In this document: positions 39,898-49,610 of the stretch, in pieces
Layout: every line of letters begins with the position of its first letter
How positions within the stretch are numbered: the first letter of the stretch is position 1
Source: a virus
Taxonomy: Duplodnaviria > Caudoviricetes
DNA: 64,000 nucleotides
Virus record (IMG/VR): IMGVR_UViG_3300028048_000066
Span: 84,164 to 148,163 of that record
Strand: one strand, 5' to 3'
Notes under the pieces: model-generated
What the model saw: the letters and a program-made list of their open reading frames with translations, nothing else
Told to the model about the DNA's origin: nothing
Databases searched by the model: none
Program-made: the position numbers and the translations under genes

Positions 39898-40311
39898 ATG
39901 GCAACAAGAGAAGAAATGAAAAATGAAGCGATTAGAAGATTACAAGAACTTGATATTTATAAACCATATATCAATGGATTCAAAACAAAGGCACAAAAGG
40001 TTTGTTTCTATGAAAACTTTGGTGGATACTGGGTTTGGCAAGAACCAGAAATTGAAGCAAAGATGAAAGACCTTGAAGAGAGATATGAATGTGTTGTTTA
40101 TGCTATCACACACGAGTTTGCAGAGTTTGGTGAGTGTTGGTCATTCTTGTTTGTATCCAAGTATGATGAAGAATGGGAATATGAATTTGAAAGAATGGAT
40201 AGAGTCAACTTCACTGCCGATGCATATGTTTGGAATAAGACAGAAGATTTTGTTGAAGGTGGTTCAATTTGTGTTCAATCATTTGGTGGTGGAATCAGAA
40301 GAGTTGGTTAA
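39898..40311 (+). CDS. conserved hypothetical phage protein
   Basis: AGGAG RBS after promoter; ends GGGIRRVG. Confidence 0.85.
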   Translation: MATREEMKNEAIRRLQELDIYKPYINGFKTKAQKVCFYENFGGYWVWQEPEIEAKMKDLEERYECVVYAITHEFAEFGECWSFLFVSKYDEEWEYEFERMDRVNFTADAYVWNKTEDFVEGGSICVQSFGGGIRRVG

Positions 40312-40325
40312 TAAGGGGGTGCAGT

Positions 40326-40619
40326 ATGGATAAGAAGAATATCGTTATTTTAGTGTTAGTAGTAGTAACAGTAGCATCTTTAATTTGCACCATTGTATTA
40401 GCAACAAACACAAATAAAGATAAAGATGATTACAATGATTACAATATTGCTTATGTAAAAATTGGAGACAGTTGGAATTTTGTAGCAATAAGCAACTATA
40501 AGATTAAAGAGGGTGTAGTAGAATTGACAGATGCAGTTTATAGAGTAAAAATGAAATTAAGTATGGATAACTGTATTCTTATGAAAGATGATACTATGTA
40601 TTATGAATTAACACACTAA
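40326..40619 (+). CDS. small membrane-anchored protein
   Basis: start moved to ATG 40326; N-terminal TM helix. Confidence 0.75.
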   Translation: MDKKNIVILVLVVVTVASLICTIVLATNTNKDKDDYNDYNIAYVKIGDSWNFVAISNYKIKEGVVELTDAVYRVKMKLSMDNCILMKDDTMYYELTH

Positions 40620-40632
40620 TAAGGAGAAGACT

Positions 40633-40926
40633 ATGGGAGATTTAAATTTTGATGTAGTAGAGAGCAAATTAAGACAAGGTGTTGACAATGTTATTATTTT
40701 ACCATATTGGTGTGGTAGAACAATCAGGTTGTTTTCTATTGGTGATTATGTATATGAAGCATACTTATCATATTTTAACAAGAGTGTAGACGAGATTACA
40801 CAAGAAGACATTGACAGCATTGATGCAGAAGATTTCTATCGCTTCTTATATGAGTACTTTAGAGAAGATGTAGAAGATGATGATTTTGATGAAGAAATTA
40901 CATTAAGTGATATTGAAGATATGTAA
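40633..40926 (+). CDS. acidic small protein, tandem paralog of 40973
   Basis: LNFDVVE.KL...YVY..YL...ITQED.D.ID...FY.FL. Confidence 0.85.
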   Translation: MGDLNFDVVESKLRQGVDNVIILPYWCGRTIRLFSIGDYVYEAYLSYFNKSVDEITQEDIDSIDAEDFYRFLYEYFREDVEDDDFDEEITLSDIEDM

Positions 40927-40933
40927 TAAAACC

Positions 40934-40948
40934 CGCTAAATTAAATAG
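40934..40948 (+). promoter_or_regulatory. late-promoter motif variant CGCTAAATTAAATAG
   Basis: GCTAAATTAAAT core conserved, 24 nt before ATG. Confidence 0.6.
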
Positions 40949-40972
40949 AATGATATTAAGAAGAGGTGAATT

Positions 40973-41329
40973 ATGAGTTTGAATTTTGATGTAGTAGAAG
41001 AGAAGTTAATGAATGATGATGAGGAAATCATCTTATTCTATGATATGTTAGATTGGGATGTTGATGTATTAGGTGATTATAGTGGTAGATATGTTAGAAA
41101 AGCATATGATGTTGAATATCCTATTTACTATATTAGCAAATATGTTTATGCTTCATACTTAAAGAAGAAGGCAGAGGACATTACTCAAGAAGATTTAGAT
41201 AACATTGATGTTGACAAGTTCTATGACTTCTTGTGTGACTATTATATTGATGAAGCAATGAATTATGCAGCAGACCATAATAAATATGATGACTATGATG
41301 GTGGATGGGATGATAGAGATGACTATTAG
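40973..41329 (+). CDS. acidic small protein, tandem paralog of 40633
   Basis: same motifs as 40633; GAGGTG RBS. Confidence 0.85.
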   Translation: MSLNFDVVEEKLMNDDEEIILFYDMLDWDVDVLGDYSGRYVRKAYDVEYPIYYISKYVYASYLKKKAEDITQEDLDNIDVDKFYDFLCDYYIDEAMNYAADHNKYDDYDGGWDDRDDY

Positions 41330-41376
41330 TATTTATGTCAATTAAACCTTACATAAAAAGAGAAAGTTGAGAAATT

Positions 41377-41413
41377 AAGAATCAAGATTTTTTGTAGGTC
41401 TTGGTTCTTTTTT
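41377..41413 (+). terminator. intrinsic terminator
   Basis: AAGAATCAAGAT...GTCTTGGTTCTT plus T-run. Confidence 0.7.
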
Positions 41414-41416
41414 AAT

Positions 41417-41431
41417 TGCTAAATTAAATGA
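41417..41431 (+). promoter_or_regulatory. putative late-promoter motif TGCTAAATTAAATGA
   Basis: exact copy. Confidence 0.8.
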
Positions 41432-41459
41432 TAGAAAATAACGGTAAGGTGAAGTTTAT

Positions 41460-44400
41460 ATGAAGATACTAAAAGATTATAATCCTAAAAATGTTAAGAA
41501 AGCATACAAAGTATTTAGAGTAAAAGATGGAAAATTATATCCACCTATGGTTGCCAATGCTAATAACGAACCTACTCCTATTGGTGTGTGGTTAGGTGCA
41601 GAAGAAGGTGCGTTTGCAGGATTATCTAAAACAGGTAGACCACAAGTTAAATCAATTGGTAGTGGTACTCTTTCATATAGACCAGGATGGCATTTAGGTG
41701 ATATTCCAAGAGCAAAACAATTTGATAGATTAAACAAAGAAACAGGGGAAGTGGAATTCCCTAAAGATTTTGTTTGGGCAGAATGTGAATATGTAGCAGA
41801 TAAAGACTACCAAAAAGACAGCGATGAACAAGGACATATGAGAATAGGCAAAGATGGTAAACCATATAGAAGTGACAAATATCAACACTCACTTGCTGGA
41901 CTTCAAAAGATTCCAGACAATGGTTATTACAAATATAGAACAAACCCTAATCCAGACACTGTACCGTGGGTTATAACAGGTGCTATTAAGGTTGACAAGT
42001 TATTAAGTGATGATGAGGTCAACTCTATTCTTAAACAAAATGGGATTGAACCTATACATAGACAAGGTGGAGATAAATCATTAAAAGAATTAGGTCTTAA
42101 TGAAAGTTTAATTAAGGAAACAAAGAGTGTTAAGTCATTAAGCACAGATGATTTATTGTCAAGATTTAGTGAGAGTGATAGTATTAAAGTTTATGATACT
42201 CCACAGTCTGGTTCTCAATATATTCTCCCTAATGGCAAGTTTTTATTCTGGGGGAAAGATTTTATTCACTCATCTTTAATGGAGTATATTTATGTATCAA
42301 TTTTAGGTGGAAAGACAGATGATAAAGGAAGGGTTAAAGACCATCAAAAACTTTACTATGTTATGGACTACTTGGAAGAAAACTTGGGTTGGATAAGAGT
42401 AAATGATAATGTTTCTGGTTATCACAGAACTTCTTATATTGCATTAGATAAAATAGCACCAACACAAGACCAATATAACTCATTGGAAATATTTTTAGAT
42501 GTATGCTATGAAAAAGGCAATGGTGGTGTTGAGATAAACAGAATGGATTTAAGAAAAAATAAAACATATTCATTTGATGACTATATTGCAGATGATATTA
42601 TAAAGAAGATAAAGCAGTCATATTCTAGTGGAGTACTATATGAAAGTTTGAAAGAAGATATAAACAATAAAGAGTTATCTAATGAGAAAAAGGAACTTAT
42701 TGTTAAAACACTCAAAGACCACTTTGGAAAGGACATAACAGAAGATTCCCAGTCTTATATATTTTTCCCAAATGGGGATATTATTAGATGTGAGTTCCAT
42801 CCAGACTTAATTGATTATTTATGTGATTGTGGTTTATTTACTGATGAAGAAGCATACATTATTGATGGTATGGGTGCAAGTTTATTTGTTAAGTGGTTTA
42901 ATTGTGTAAGAGCAACAAAGTGTGTAGGAGAAAACTATATTGAATTACCACACGACACTTTAACATCTGCTCAATATTCAAATATATTAGAACTTTTAGA
43001 TATAATGTCATTAGATGTTGATATTGATGAAGTTGAAATAAGTGCATACACAAGTGTTAGAAATGGTGAAAGTAAGTATTATAGTTTCTATGAATATACA
43101 CCAGATGAAATATTAAAGAAAATTAAGAGATATTATGCAAGTGGTGTGTTATATGAAAGTTTGAATGAAGATAAACAACTTTCAAAAGAAGAAACACTTA
43201 AACTTATGGATGATAAATTTGGTCAAAAAGAGTTATATCTTTGGTCAACATATATTCTTCCTAATGGTCATTTCCTTAACCCAGATAATGGTTGGGATGA
43301 GTTTGATGATGAACCCGAATATGAACATAGTGATTTTATATATAACTACTACAATGATTATGGTGAAACCTTGTTTGATGATTGTATTAAAATGAATGTA
43401 AATTATCCATTCTTAACTTTACCTAAACAACCAACACAACAACAATGGAATAGAGTAGAGGAAATCATTGATAATTATGATGATGGACTAGATGCAGACG
43501 GTGGTGTAGATGATTTATTTGATTGGGCAGAAGTTGACTCTGAAAAAGAAAGAGGCATTATAAGAGGGTTTCAAAGACCTTTACTAATTGACCTTGAAGG
43601 TATTGGTGCTAAAATTGTTGATGCTTCTTGGGGTGGAAGAGAAATAGTAAAAGAGATGAAGAAAGCAAAATCTAGTGGTGGTTTTTATGAAAGTTTAAAA
43701 GAAGATAAAAACCAAAAACAAACTATAATTGCCTATCACGGAACAAATAATAAGTTTGATTCATTTAGAGGTGGTAGAATTGATTGGTTCTCACAAGATT
43801 TAGATTTGGCACATCACTATGGAGATAGAATCAAGAAGTGTGAAATTACATTTAATAATCCTATTGATGTTGGTGAAGGCGATTATTATTTAGATGAAAT
43901 AGATGAAGGTGATGAATACTATGATGAGAAAACAAATACACTTGTCCCTTCTAATTTATGTGATATAGCAAATAAACTTGGTGTTGAAGTTTCAGAGTTA
44001 ATAGATATGTATTGCGGAGATGTTGAGTATTGTGATGCTTATGGTTATGATAATGTGAACTTATTACTTGGTCAACAATATATGATAACAAGTGAAATGG
44101 CATTTGGTGATTTATGCAGGTCAAAAGGATATGATTGCATCATTCAAGGTGAATGCGATATTGCTACTTATGGAATATTAAATCCAAATAACATAAAGAT
44201 ACTAGAAACACTTACAGAAGAATTAGATATAGAAATGTCTAATGTAGATAGTCTAGGAAACGAATTAAGTGCACAACAAGTAGAATATTTCAAAGATAGT
44301 AAAATAAGAGATGCTAAAGGTAACTTACTTGTAGTATATCACGGGTCAGCAACAAAAGGACTTGAGATATTTGATGCTAATAATCAAGAAGGATATAAGT

Positions 44401-47400
44401 TTGAAGGCGAGTATGTTAATTTCTTTACTGCTAGTGAAAAAGTTGCTAGAACTTATATGTATGATAAATCAAAAGATGGTGAGTTATATTCTTGTTATCT
44501 AAACATTGAACATCCTTACTATGTTAAGAATAGAGTAAAGAAGAAGAGTGAAAGAACTTGGTCTAATATCAAAGACTCTAAAACAAGGGAAATGAGGGAA
44601 ATATTGGTAGATAATTTCCTAGATAAGTGGTTTGGACAAGATGTTACAAAAAATGACATTGATAAAATAAACAAAGACTTAAAGTACTTTGGAATGTCTG
44701 TAGTACCTTCTAAAGATGAAACCAACATTGCACATAGAATGTTCAAGAGAGATGATGAGAACCTCTACAATGTACATAGAGAGAATAGAGTTATACCAGA
44801 GTTATCTTGTTTACCACTTGATAAATTATTTGGAAAGAATCCTGTTGATAACAAAGGATACTATACTGATGAAGATTGGACTATGGCATTAGAAGGGTAT
44901 ACAATGCAAGATGAAGAAGGAAATTGGGCAGGACAAACAACCAATGATGTTATAAGATGTATCCTTTATGGAAATGAATATGAGCAATTTAAGCAAGGTA
45001 AATATGATGGTATTATTATAAGAAACATTAAAGATAGTGCTAATGGTGATTCAAATATACCTAATTCTACTATTTATGTGACAATTAAATCTCCTAACCA
45101 AATAAAGAGAATAGATAATAAGAATCCTACAGATAGCAATAAGATAAATGAATCAAAAAATGACATAGAGAAGTTTAGACAATGGGCAGGGGAAGACCTT
45201 GCTAATAAGTTTTTCAAGTTAAAAGATAGATTACAAGGTAAACAAAAGGATATTTACTATTGGATGGGACAAGAGAAACAATTAGGCAAAAACAGTGCTA
45301 TAATGAATCTTTATATGACAATGAAAGAACTTGAGAGAAAACCAACAAAGAAGGGTAGAAATCAAAACGCAAGAGAGGGTTCAGAGAAGGTATATGAAGA
45401 TGCTAATTGGTTAGTTCTCAAAATTAACAATTATGAAGCAAGTAGGAAGTATGGTAAGGGAACTGCTTGGTGCATAACTGGAGACAAGAGTGATAATGGT
45501 TATGATGAAACAGAAGGAAGAAATTATTGGAATAACTATAGTGATGCTGATATTTATTTCTTTGTTGACAAGAAAAACACTCATAAGTATGCTTTAGTTG
45601 TGTATGATATAAATGATTGGATGTTGTTTGATGAGATGGACTTTGTTGATTTAGGTGATGGTGAACATTTTGAAGAAGCGGTTAGCGATGAATGTCTTGT
45701 ATATGATGATATTGTTCGTGACTATTTATATGAACACTTTAAGGACCTCCCAAAAGTTAAAGGATTACCAGACTTTGAAGCAAGATTTAAGTATTTACAA
45801 GACCATCCAGAAGAGTTTCCTGGATATGTTGAGGAATCATTAAAAGAGGAAAAAGAATCTAGTAAATTAGATATAGTTTTTGATGAGTCTTCTTATGAAC
45901 CTGTTGTAATTGGTGGTAAAGAATATTCAGATGAAGATTATGAATGTGAAACATATTATGGTATCTTATTAAATGGAGAACATATAGGAAATATTGCTTT
46001 AAATTCTAATGAAATTGAAGGATTTGAGATTTACCATAAATTTAGAAAGAAGGGATTTGGAAAGGCGGTAATTAAGGAACTACTTAAACAACATCCAGAC
46101 TTAGTATTTGTTGAGTCAATACCTGAAGCAAAAAAGTTCTGGGAAAAGGTTGGGTTTAAATCTAGTTATTATGATGATGACAGTGGTCTTTATGTTATGA
46201 AACTAGACAAATCTATAAAAGAATCTTATGAAAGCAGCAGTGTTTATTACAGGGGTTATGATAGTAGATATGGTGTGTTTGATAGTGGAGATAAATATAG
46301 TTCACTTTATACTTGGTTGACAGATGACTTTGAGTATGCAGTAGAATATGCTTCAGAAAATAAGTATGGAAAAGTAGCAAAGATAAAACTTACTTGTAGT
46401 GAAGATGATATTGGTTCTTTATATGACTTACCAGAAGAATGCGATTATTATGACCCAGGTGATGATGACTTCCAAGAATACATTTTAGATGAAGGATTAT
46501 GTGGTTATGACTTCTATGCAAACGATGATGAATCTTATTGTCTTTGTGTATCAAAAGATGTATGTAAAGTAATTGACAAAGATGTTAAGTTTGATATGAT
46601 AGATGAAGAAATGAAAGATGGAAAATTGATTGTATATAGAGTAGGTAAAACTGATGATTTTGAACAAGGTTTATTCTTTTCTGATACATTAGACTACTAT
46701 GATTATTCTGATACTGGTTATGATAAAAAAGATGCTATTCCATATGAGTTAGATTTGAAAGGTGCAAAAGTTGTTGACCCAATAATAGAGTGGGATTTAG
46801 ATGTATCAAATTGGTATGACATTAGACAAACAGAAGAAGTTTTCTTAAAACACAACTTTGAGTATTATGAAGGTTTTCCAGAAATTGATTATGATGACCC
46901 AGAAGAATATCACGAAGTTTATACAGATACTGACTATTTAGCACAATGGGCATATGAAAACGGTTATGATGTATGTATATTAAGAGATATTCCTGGTAGT
47001 AGAGAGTTTGGCGATAAATCTTCAACAGAATACTGTGTGTTTAATAAAAATATAATTAAACCATTAAAGGTAAAAGAATCCTTAGATGAAGATAAAGATA
47101 GTAAGACAATAACTGCATATCACGGTAGTCAAGATGGTAATTTAGAATTAAGTGAAGAACCTATTTACTTAACAAATGATTTAGAGTTAGCAGAACAATT
47201 TGCTATGGGTTATGCTTTCAACTTTGACTTATTAGACAGTGATGACCCTACTGTATATGAAATAGAAGTAAGTATGAGTAATCCATTATATATCAAAACA
47301 GAAGATGAATATGATACTTTAATGGATATTACAAACATAGAAGAAACAAAGAAGTATTTAGATGAAAACAATTATGATGGTATTATTTATCAAGATGAAG

Positions 47401-47573
47401 AATATGAACCAGATACAATTTACTATATGCCACTAAATGCAAAGAAACAATGTAAGATAGTAGATAAAGTAGTTGTAGATTTAATACCACAAACAGATGA
47501 TGCAGAAGTAGAAGCACAACAACTTTCTACCTATGAAGCATTTATGAATTTGAAAGGAGAAGATGATGAATAA
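41460..47573 (+). CDS. 2037-aa polyvalent protein: N-terminal YRPGWH domain, 3x ILPNG domains, 5 ADP-ribosyltransferase-like (YHG/YR) domains, WC-motif domain, GNAT acetyltransferase
   Basis: SKIRD..GNLLVVYHGS..FFT..A.TY..YDGIII.N..D..QIK = ART-PolyVal pattern; FRKKGFGK...FWEKVGF = GNAT; domains separated by ESL(K/N/D)E-type linkers. Confidence 0.8.
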   Translation: MKILKDYNPKNVKKAYKVFRVKDGKLYPPMVANANNEPTPIGVWLGAEEGAFAGLSKTGRPQVKSIGSGTLSYRPGWHLGDIPRAKQFDRLNKETGEVEFPKDFVWAECEYVADKDYQKDSDEQGHMRIGKDGKPYRSDKYQHSLAGLQKIPDNGYYKYRTNPNPDTVPWVITGAIKVDKLLSDDEVNSILKQNGIEPIHRQGGDKSLKELGLNESLIKETKSVKSLSTDDLLSRFSESDSIKVYDTPQSGSQYILPNGKFLFWGKDFIHSSLMEYIYVSILGGKTDDKGRVKDHQKLYYVMDYLEENLGWIRVNDNVSGYHRTSYIALDKIAPTQDQYNSLEIFLDVCYEKGNGGVEINRMDLRKNKTYSFDDYIADDIIKKIKQSYSSGVLYESLKEDINNKELSNEKKELIVKTLKDHFGKDITEDSQSYIFFPNGDIIRCEFHPDLIDYLCDCGLFTDEEAYIIDGMGASLFVKWFNCVRATKCVGENYIELPHDTLTSAQYSNILELLDIMSLDVDIDEVEISAYTSVRNGESKYYSFYEYTPDEILKKIKRYYASGVLYESLNEDKQLSKEETLKLMDDKFGQKELYLWSTYILPNGHFLNPDNGWDEFDDEPEYEHSDFIYNYYNDYGETLFDDCIKMNVNYPFLTLPKQPTQQQWNRVEEIIDNYDDGLDADGGVDDLFDWAEVDSEKERGIIRGFQRPLLIDLEGIGAKIVDASWGGREIVKEMKKAKSSGGFYESLKEDKNQKQTIIAYHGTNNKFDSFRGGRIDWFSQDLDLAHHYGDRIKKCEITFNNPIDVGEGDYYLDEIDEGDEYYDEKTNTLVPSNLCDIANKLGVEVSELIDMYCGDVEYCDAYGYDNVNLLLGQQYMITSEMAFGDLCRSKGYDCIIQGECDIATYGILNPNNIKILETLTEELDIEMSNVDSLGNELSAQQVEYFKDSKIRDAKGNLLVVYHGSATKGLEIFDANNQEGYKFEGEYVNFFTASEKVARTYMYDKSKDGELYSCYLNIEHPYYVKNRVKKKSERTWSNIKDSKTREMREILVDNFLDKWFGQDVTKNDIDKINKDLKYFGMSVVPSKDETNIAHRMFKRDDENLYNVHRENRVIPELSCLPLDKLFGKNPVDNKGYYTDEDWTMALEGYTMQDEEGNWAGQTTNDVIRCILYGNEYEQFKQGKYDGIIIRNIKDSANGDSNIPNSTIYVTIKSPNQIKRIDNKNPTDSNKINESKNDIEKFRQWAGEDLANKFFKLKDRLQGKQKDIYYWMGQEKQLGKNSAIMNLYMTMKELERKPTKKGRNQNAREGSEKVYEDANWLVLKINNYEASRKYGKGTAWCITGDKSDNGYDETEGRNYWNNYSDADIYFFVDKKNTHKYALVVYDINDWMLFDEMDFVDLGDGEHFEEAVSDECLVYDDIVRDYLYEHFKDLPKVKGLPDFEARFKYLQDHPEEFPGYVEESLKEEKESSKLDIVFDESSYEPVVIGGKEYSDEDYECETYYGILLNGEHIGNIALNSNEIEGFEIYHKFRKKGFGKAVIKELLKQHPDLVFVESIPEAKKFWEKVGFKSSYYDDDSGLYVMKLDKSIKESYESSSVYYRGYDSRYGVFDSGDKYSSLYTWLTDDFEYAVEYASENKYGKVAKIKLTCSEDDIGSLYDLPEECDYYDPGDDDFQEYILDEGLCGYDFYANDDESYCLCVSKDVCKVIDKDVKFDMIDEEMKDGKLIVYRVGKTDDFEQGLFFSDTLDYYDYSDTGYDKKDAIPYELDLKGAKVVDPIIEWDLDVSNWYDIRQTEEVFLKHNFEYYEGFPEIDYDDPEEYHEVYTDTDYLAQWAYENGYDVCILRDIPGSREFGDKSSTEYCVFNKNIIKPLKVKESLDEDKDSKTITAYHGSQDGNLELSEEPIYLTNDLELAEQFAMGYAFNFDLLDSDDPTVYEIEVSMSNPLYIKTEDEYDTLMDITNIEETKKYLDENNYDGIIYQDEEYEPDTIYYMPLNAKKQCKIVDKVVVDLIPQTDDAEVEAQQLSTYEAFMNLKGEDDE

Positions 47574-49557
47574 AGAGGAAATATTAAAAGATATTACTAG
47601 ACACTTTGGTATAGATAATGAACCACAAGAAGAGACTGCTATGTTTATTCTTCCAGATGGTAGATTTATGTATACTGATTTATCTCCAGAGATTGAGGAT
47701 GAAGAAGATGATGATTTTGATGATTCCTTAATATCTCAACATAATAATGTGGATGAGTATATTATTTATAAAGGATATGCTAAAGAAAGCAATAAAAAAC
47801 CTAGTGATGAAACATTATTTCAATCAATGTTTAATGCTATAAGGTTTCAAATATTTGATGAAGATGTTAGTTATTTAGCATTACCAACAAATCCACCAAC
47901 ATCTTCTCAATATGATTCAATATTAAAAGTATTAGACCTTGCAGAAAATTGGGTAGGAAGCATTGAGATTTGTGGTAGCAGTCCTTCAAGTAGAGGAATA
48001 AGATATTACTTTAATGATTGGGATGAGGATGCAGATAATATATATACAACTGATGAGGTTTTGAAAAAGATTAAAAGATACTATGCAAGTGGAATATTAT
48101 ATGAAGATTGTTTAGATGAAAAGACCATCTATCGTGGTGAGTTTAACAAATACGGTAAAGATGAATATGGTCACAACAATTATAGTGACAAACATCCAAT
48201 ATATTCTGGTATATTCTTTTATGCTGATGATGGTGATTATATGTTAGACAATCCTAATGAAATGGGAGATTATGGTTATATAAGTGCTTATGAACTAGAT
48301 GATGATGCAAAGATTTTTACTGGTTATAGAAGAAGTGAAGACTATGTTAAGGATAACAATTTAGGTGACATAAAAGATGCAACACTTACATATTTTGTTG
48401 TTGAAGCAGGTGGTTTAGATGATTCTTATTTAGGCACACCATTATCACTAAATGAACTTGTTGAAATGGAACATAATGATGAAGCAGAAATTTGGGAATC
48501 TGATGACCCAGGTTGTTGGTGGGCGATGACTCAATATCTAGCAAAAATGGATTTAGAGAAGAAAGGTTATGATGGTGCATTGTGGGATGATGAAGATTAT
48601 TCGGAAGCATCAAATCAATATCAAATATGGAATTTAGATAAGATACATAGAGTTGAAAACAAAAACGAATCACTTTCAGAATCACTTAAATTAGATGAAG
48701 CAACAAGAAATCAGTTAATAAATAAGACTAAAAACTCTGATAACTATAAAGACCAATCTAAAGGAAAGAATAGATATGAGAGAAGAACAAAGTCAAGAAT
48801 TGCTACAAGTGTTGCACAATATAACAAAGTAGATATGGATGCACTATTCAAGAGAGATATTCTTACTCTTGGTGTAGATGTTCACGGTGAAACTGATGAC
48901 TATGTTGTTACAGTAAGATTTGTAGGTTTACTTAAAGAAGTTCAAAGAGAGATTAAAGCAAACGATGGTAAACTAGAATATAAAGTAATAGCAAGAGCAA
49001 TGTCAAGAGTATTCAATAGTGGAGATGTAAGTTTACACTGCACTTGTCCAGACTTCAAGTATAGACAAAGTTACAACGCTAGTAAGCAAAACTATGGAAC
49101 ACAATATGAACCAAGACCATCTAATATTACAAACCCTAATGACACAAAGGGTGGTGGATGTAAGCATTGTATGTTAGTTTTATCTAACCTTGACTGGATG
49201 ATGAAAGTCTCTAGTGTAATAAACAATTATATTAAGTATTGTCAAGAACATATGGAATATAACTATGCAACCTACATCTTCCCAAAGGTTTATGGTATGC
49301 CTTATAAACAAGCAGTTCAGACAAGTATGTTTGATAATGGTGGTTATCTTGCATCTGACCAAAAGACAGTTGGTGATGTTGCAAAGAGAAATACTGCTGA
49401 AAAAGATGATAAAGGAAGATTCATTGTTGGCAATAAGTATAGATTCAATAAAAAGCAGAATGGTGAGTTAAATGAACCAGATGAGAACCAATTAAAGTTC
49501 AATTTTGATGAAAAACCAAAAGAAGTCATTCCAGATGAAAATGGCACAAATAAGTAG
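47563..49557 (+). CDS. 664-aa polyvalent protein: ILPDG domain, ART-like domain, C-terminal SWIM zinc-finger domain
   Basis: FILPDG..KKIKRYYASG repeat; IYRGE..GIFF..GYDG; CTCPDF...CKH SWIM motif; linkers LYEDCLDE and ESLSESLKLDE. Confidence 0.75.
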   Translation: MMNKEEILKDITRHFGIDNEPQEETAMFILPDGRFMYTDLSPEIEDEEDDDFDDSLISQHNNVDEYIIYKGYAKESNKKPSDETLFQSMFNAIRFQIFDEDVSYLALPTNPPTSSQYDSILKVLDLAENWVGSIEICGSSPSSRGIRYYFNDWDEDADNIYTTDEVLKKIKRYYASGILYEDCLDEKTIYRGEFNKYGKDEYGHNNYSDKHPIYSGIFFYADDGDYMLDNPNEMGDYGYISAYELDDDAKIFTGYRRSEDYVKDNNLGDIKDATLTYFVVEAGGLDDSYLGTPLSLNELVEMEHNDEAEIWESDDPGCWWAMTQYLAKMDLEKKGYDGALWDDEDYSEASNQYQIWNLDKIHRVENKNESLSESLKLDEATRNQLINKTKNSDNYKDQSKGKNRYERRTKSRIATSVAQYNKVDMDALFKRDILTLGVDVHGETDDYVVTVRFVGLLKEVQREIKANDGKLEYKVIARAMSRVFNSGDVSLHCTCPDFKYRQSYNASKQNYGTQYEPRPSNITNPNDTKGGGCKHCMLVLSNLDWMMKVSSVINNYIKYCQEHMEYNYATYIFPKVYGMPYKQAVQTSMFDNGGYLASDQKTVGDVAKRNTAEKDDKGRFIVGNKYRFNKKQNGELNEPDENQLKFNFDEKPKEVIPDENGTNK

Positions 49558-49572
49558 TGCTAAATTAAATGA
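49558..49572 (+). promoter_or_regulatory. putative late-promoter motif TGCTAAATTAAATGA
   Basis: exact copy right after TAG. Confidence 0.8.
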
Positions 49573-49610
49573 ATAAAAAATAGAGCAAAAGACAAGGAGA
49601 TATAAGCATT

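Noticed and set aside
14416-49471. Short alternative-frame + strand ORFs inside large genes (14416, 40073, 43165, 45655, 49265)
   Set aside because: Met/Ile-rich off-frame by-products of GAT/GAA-rich coding sequence, no RBS
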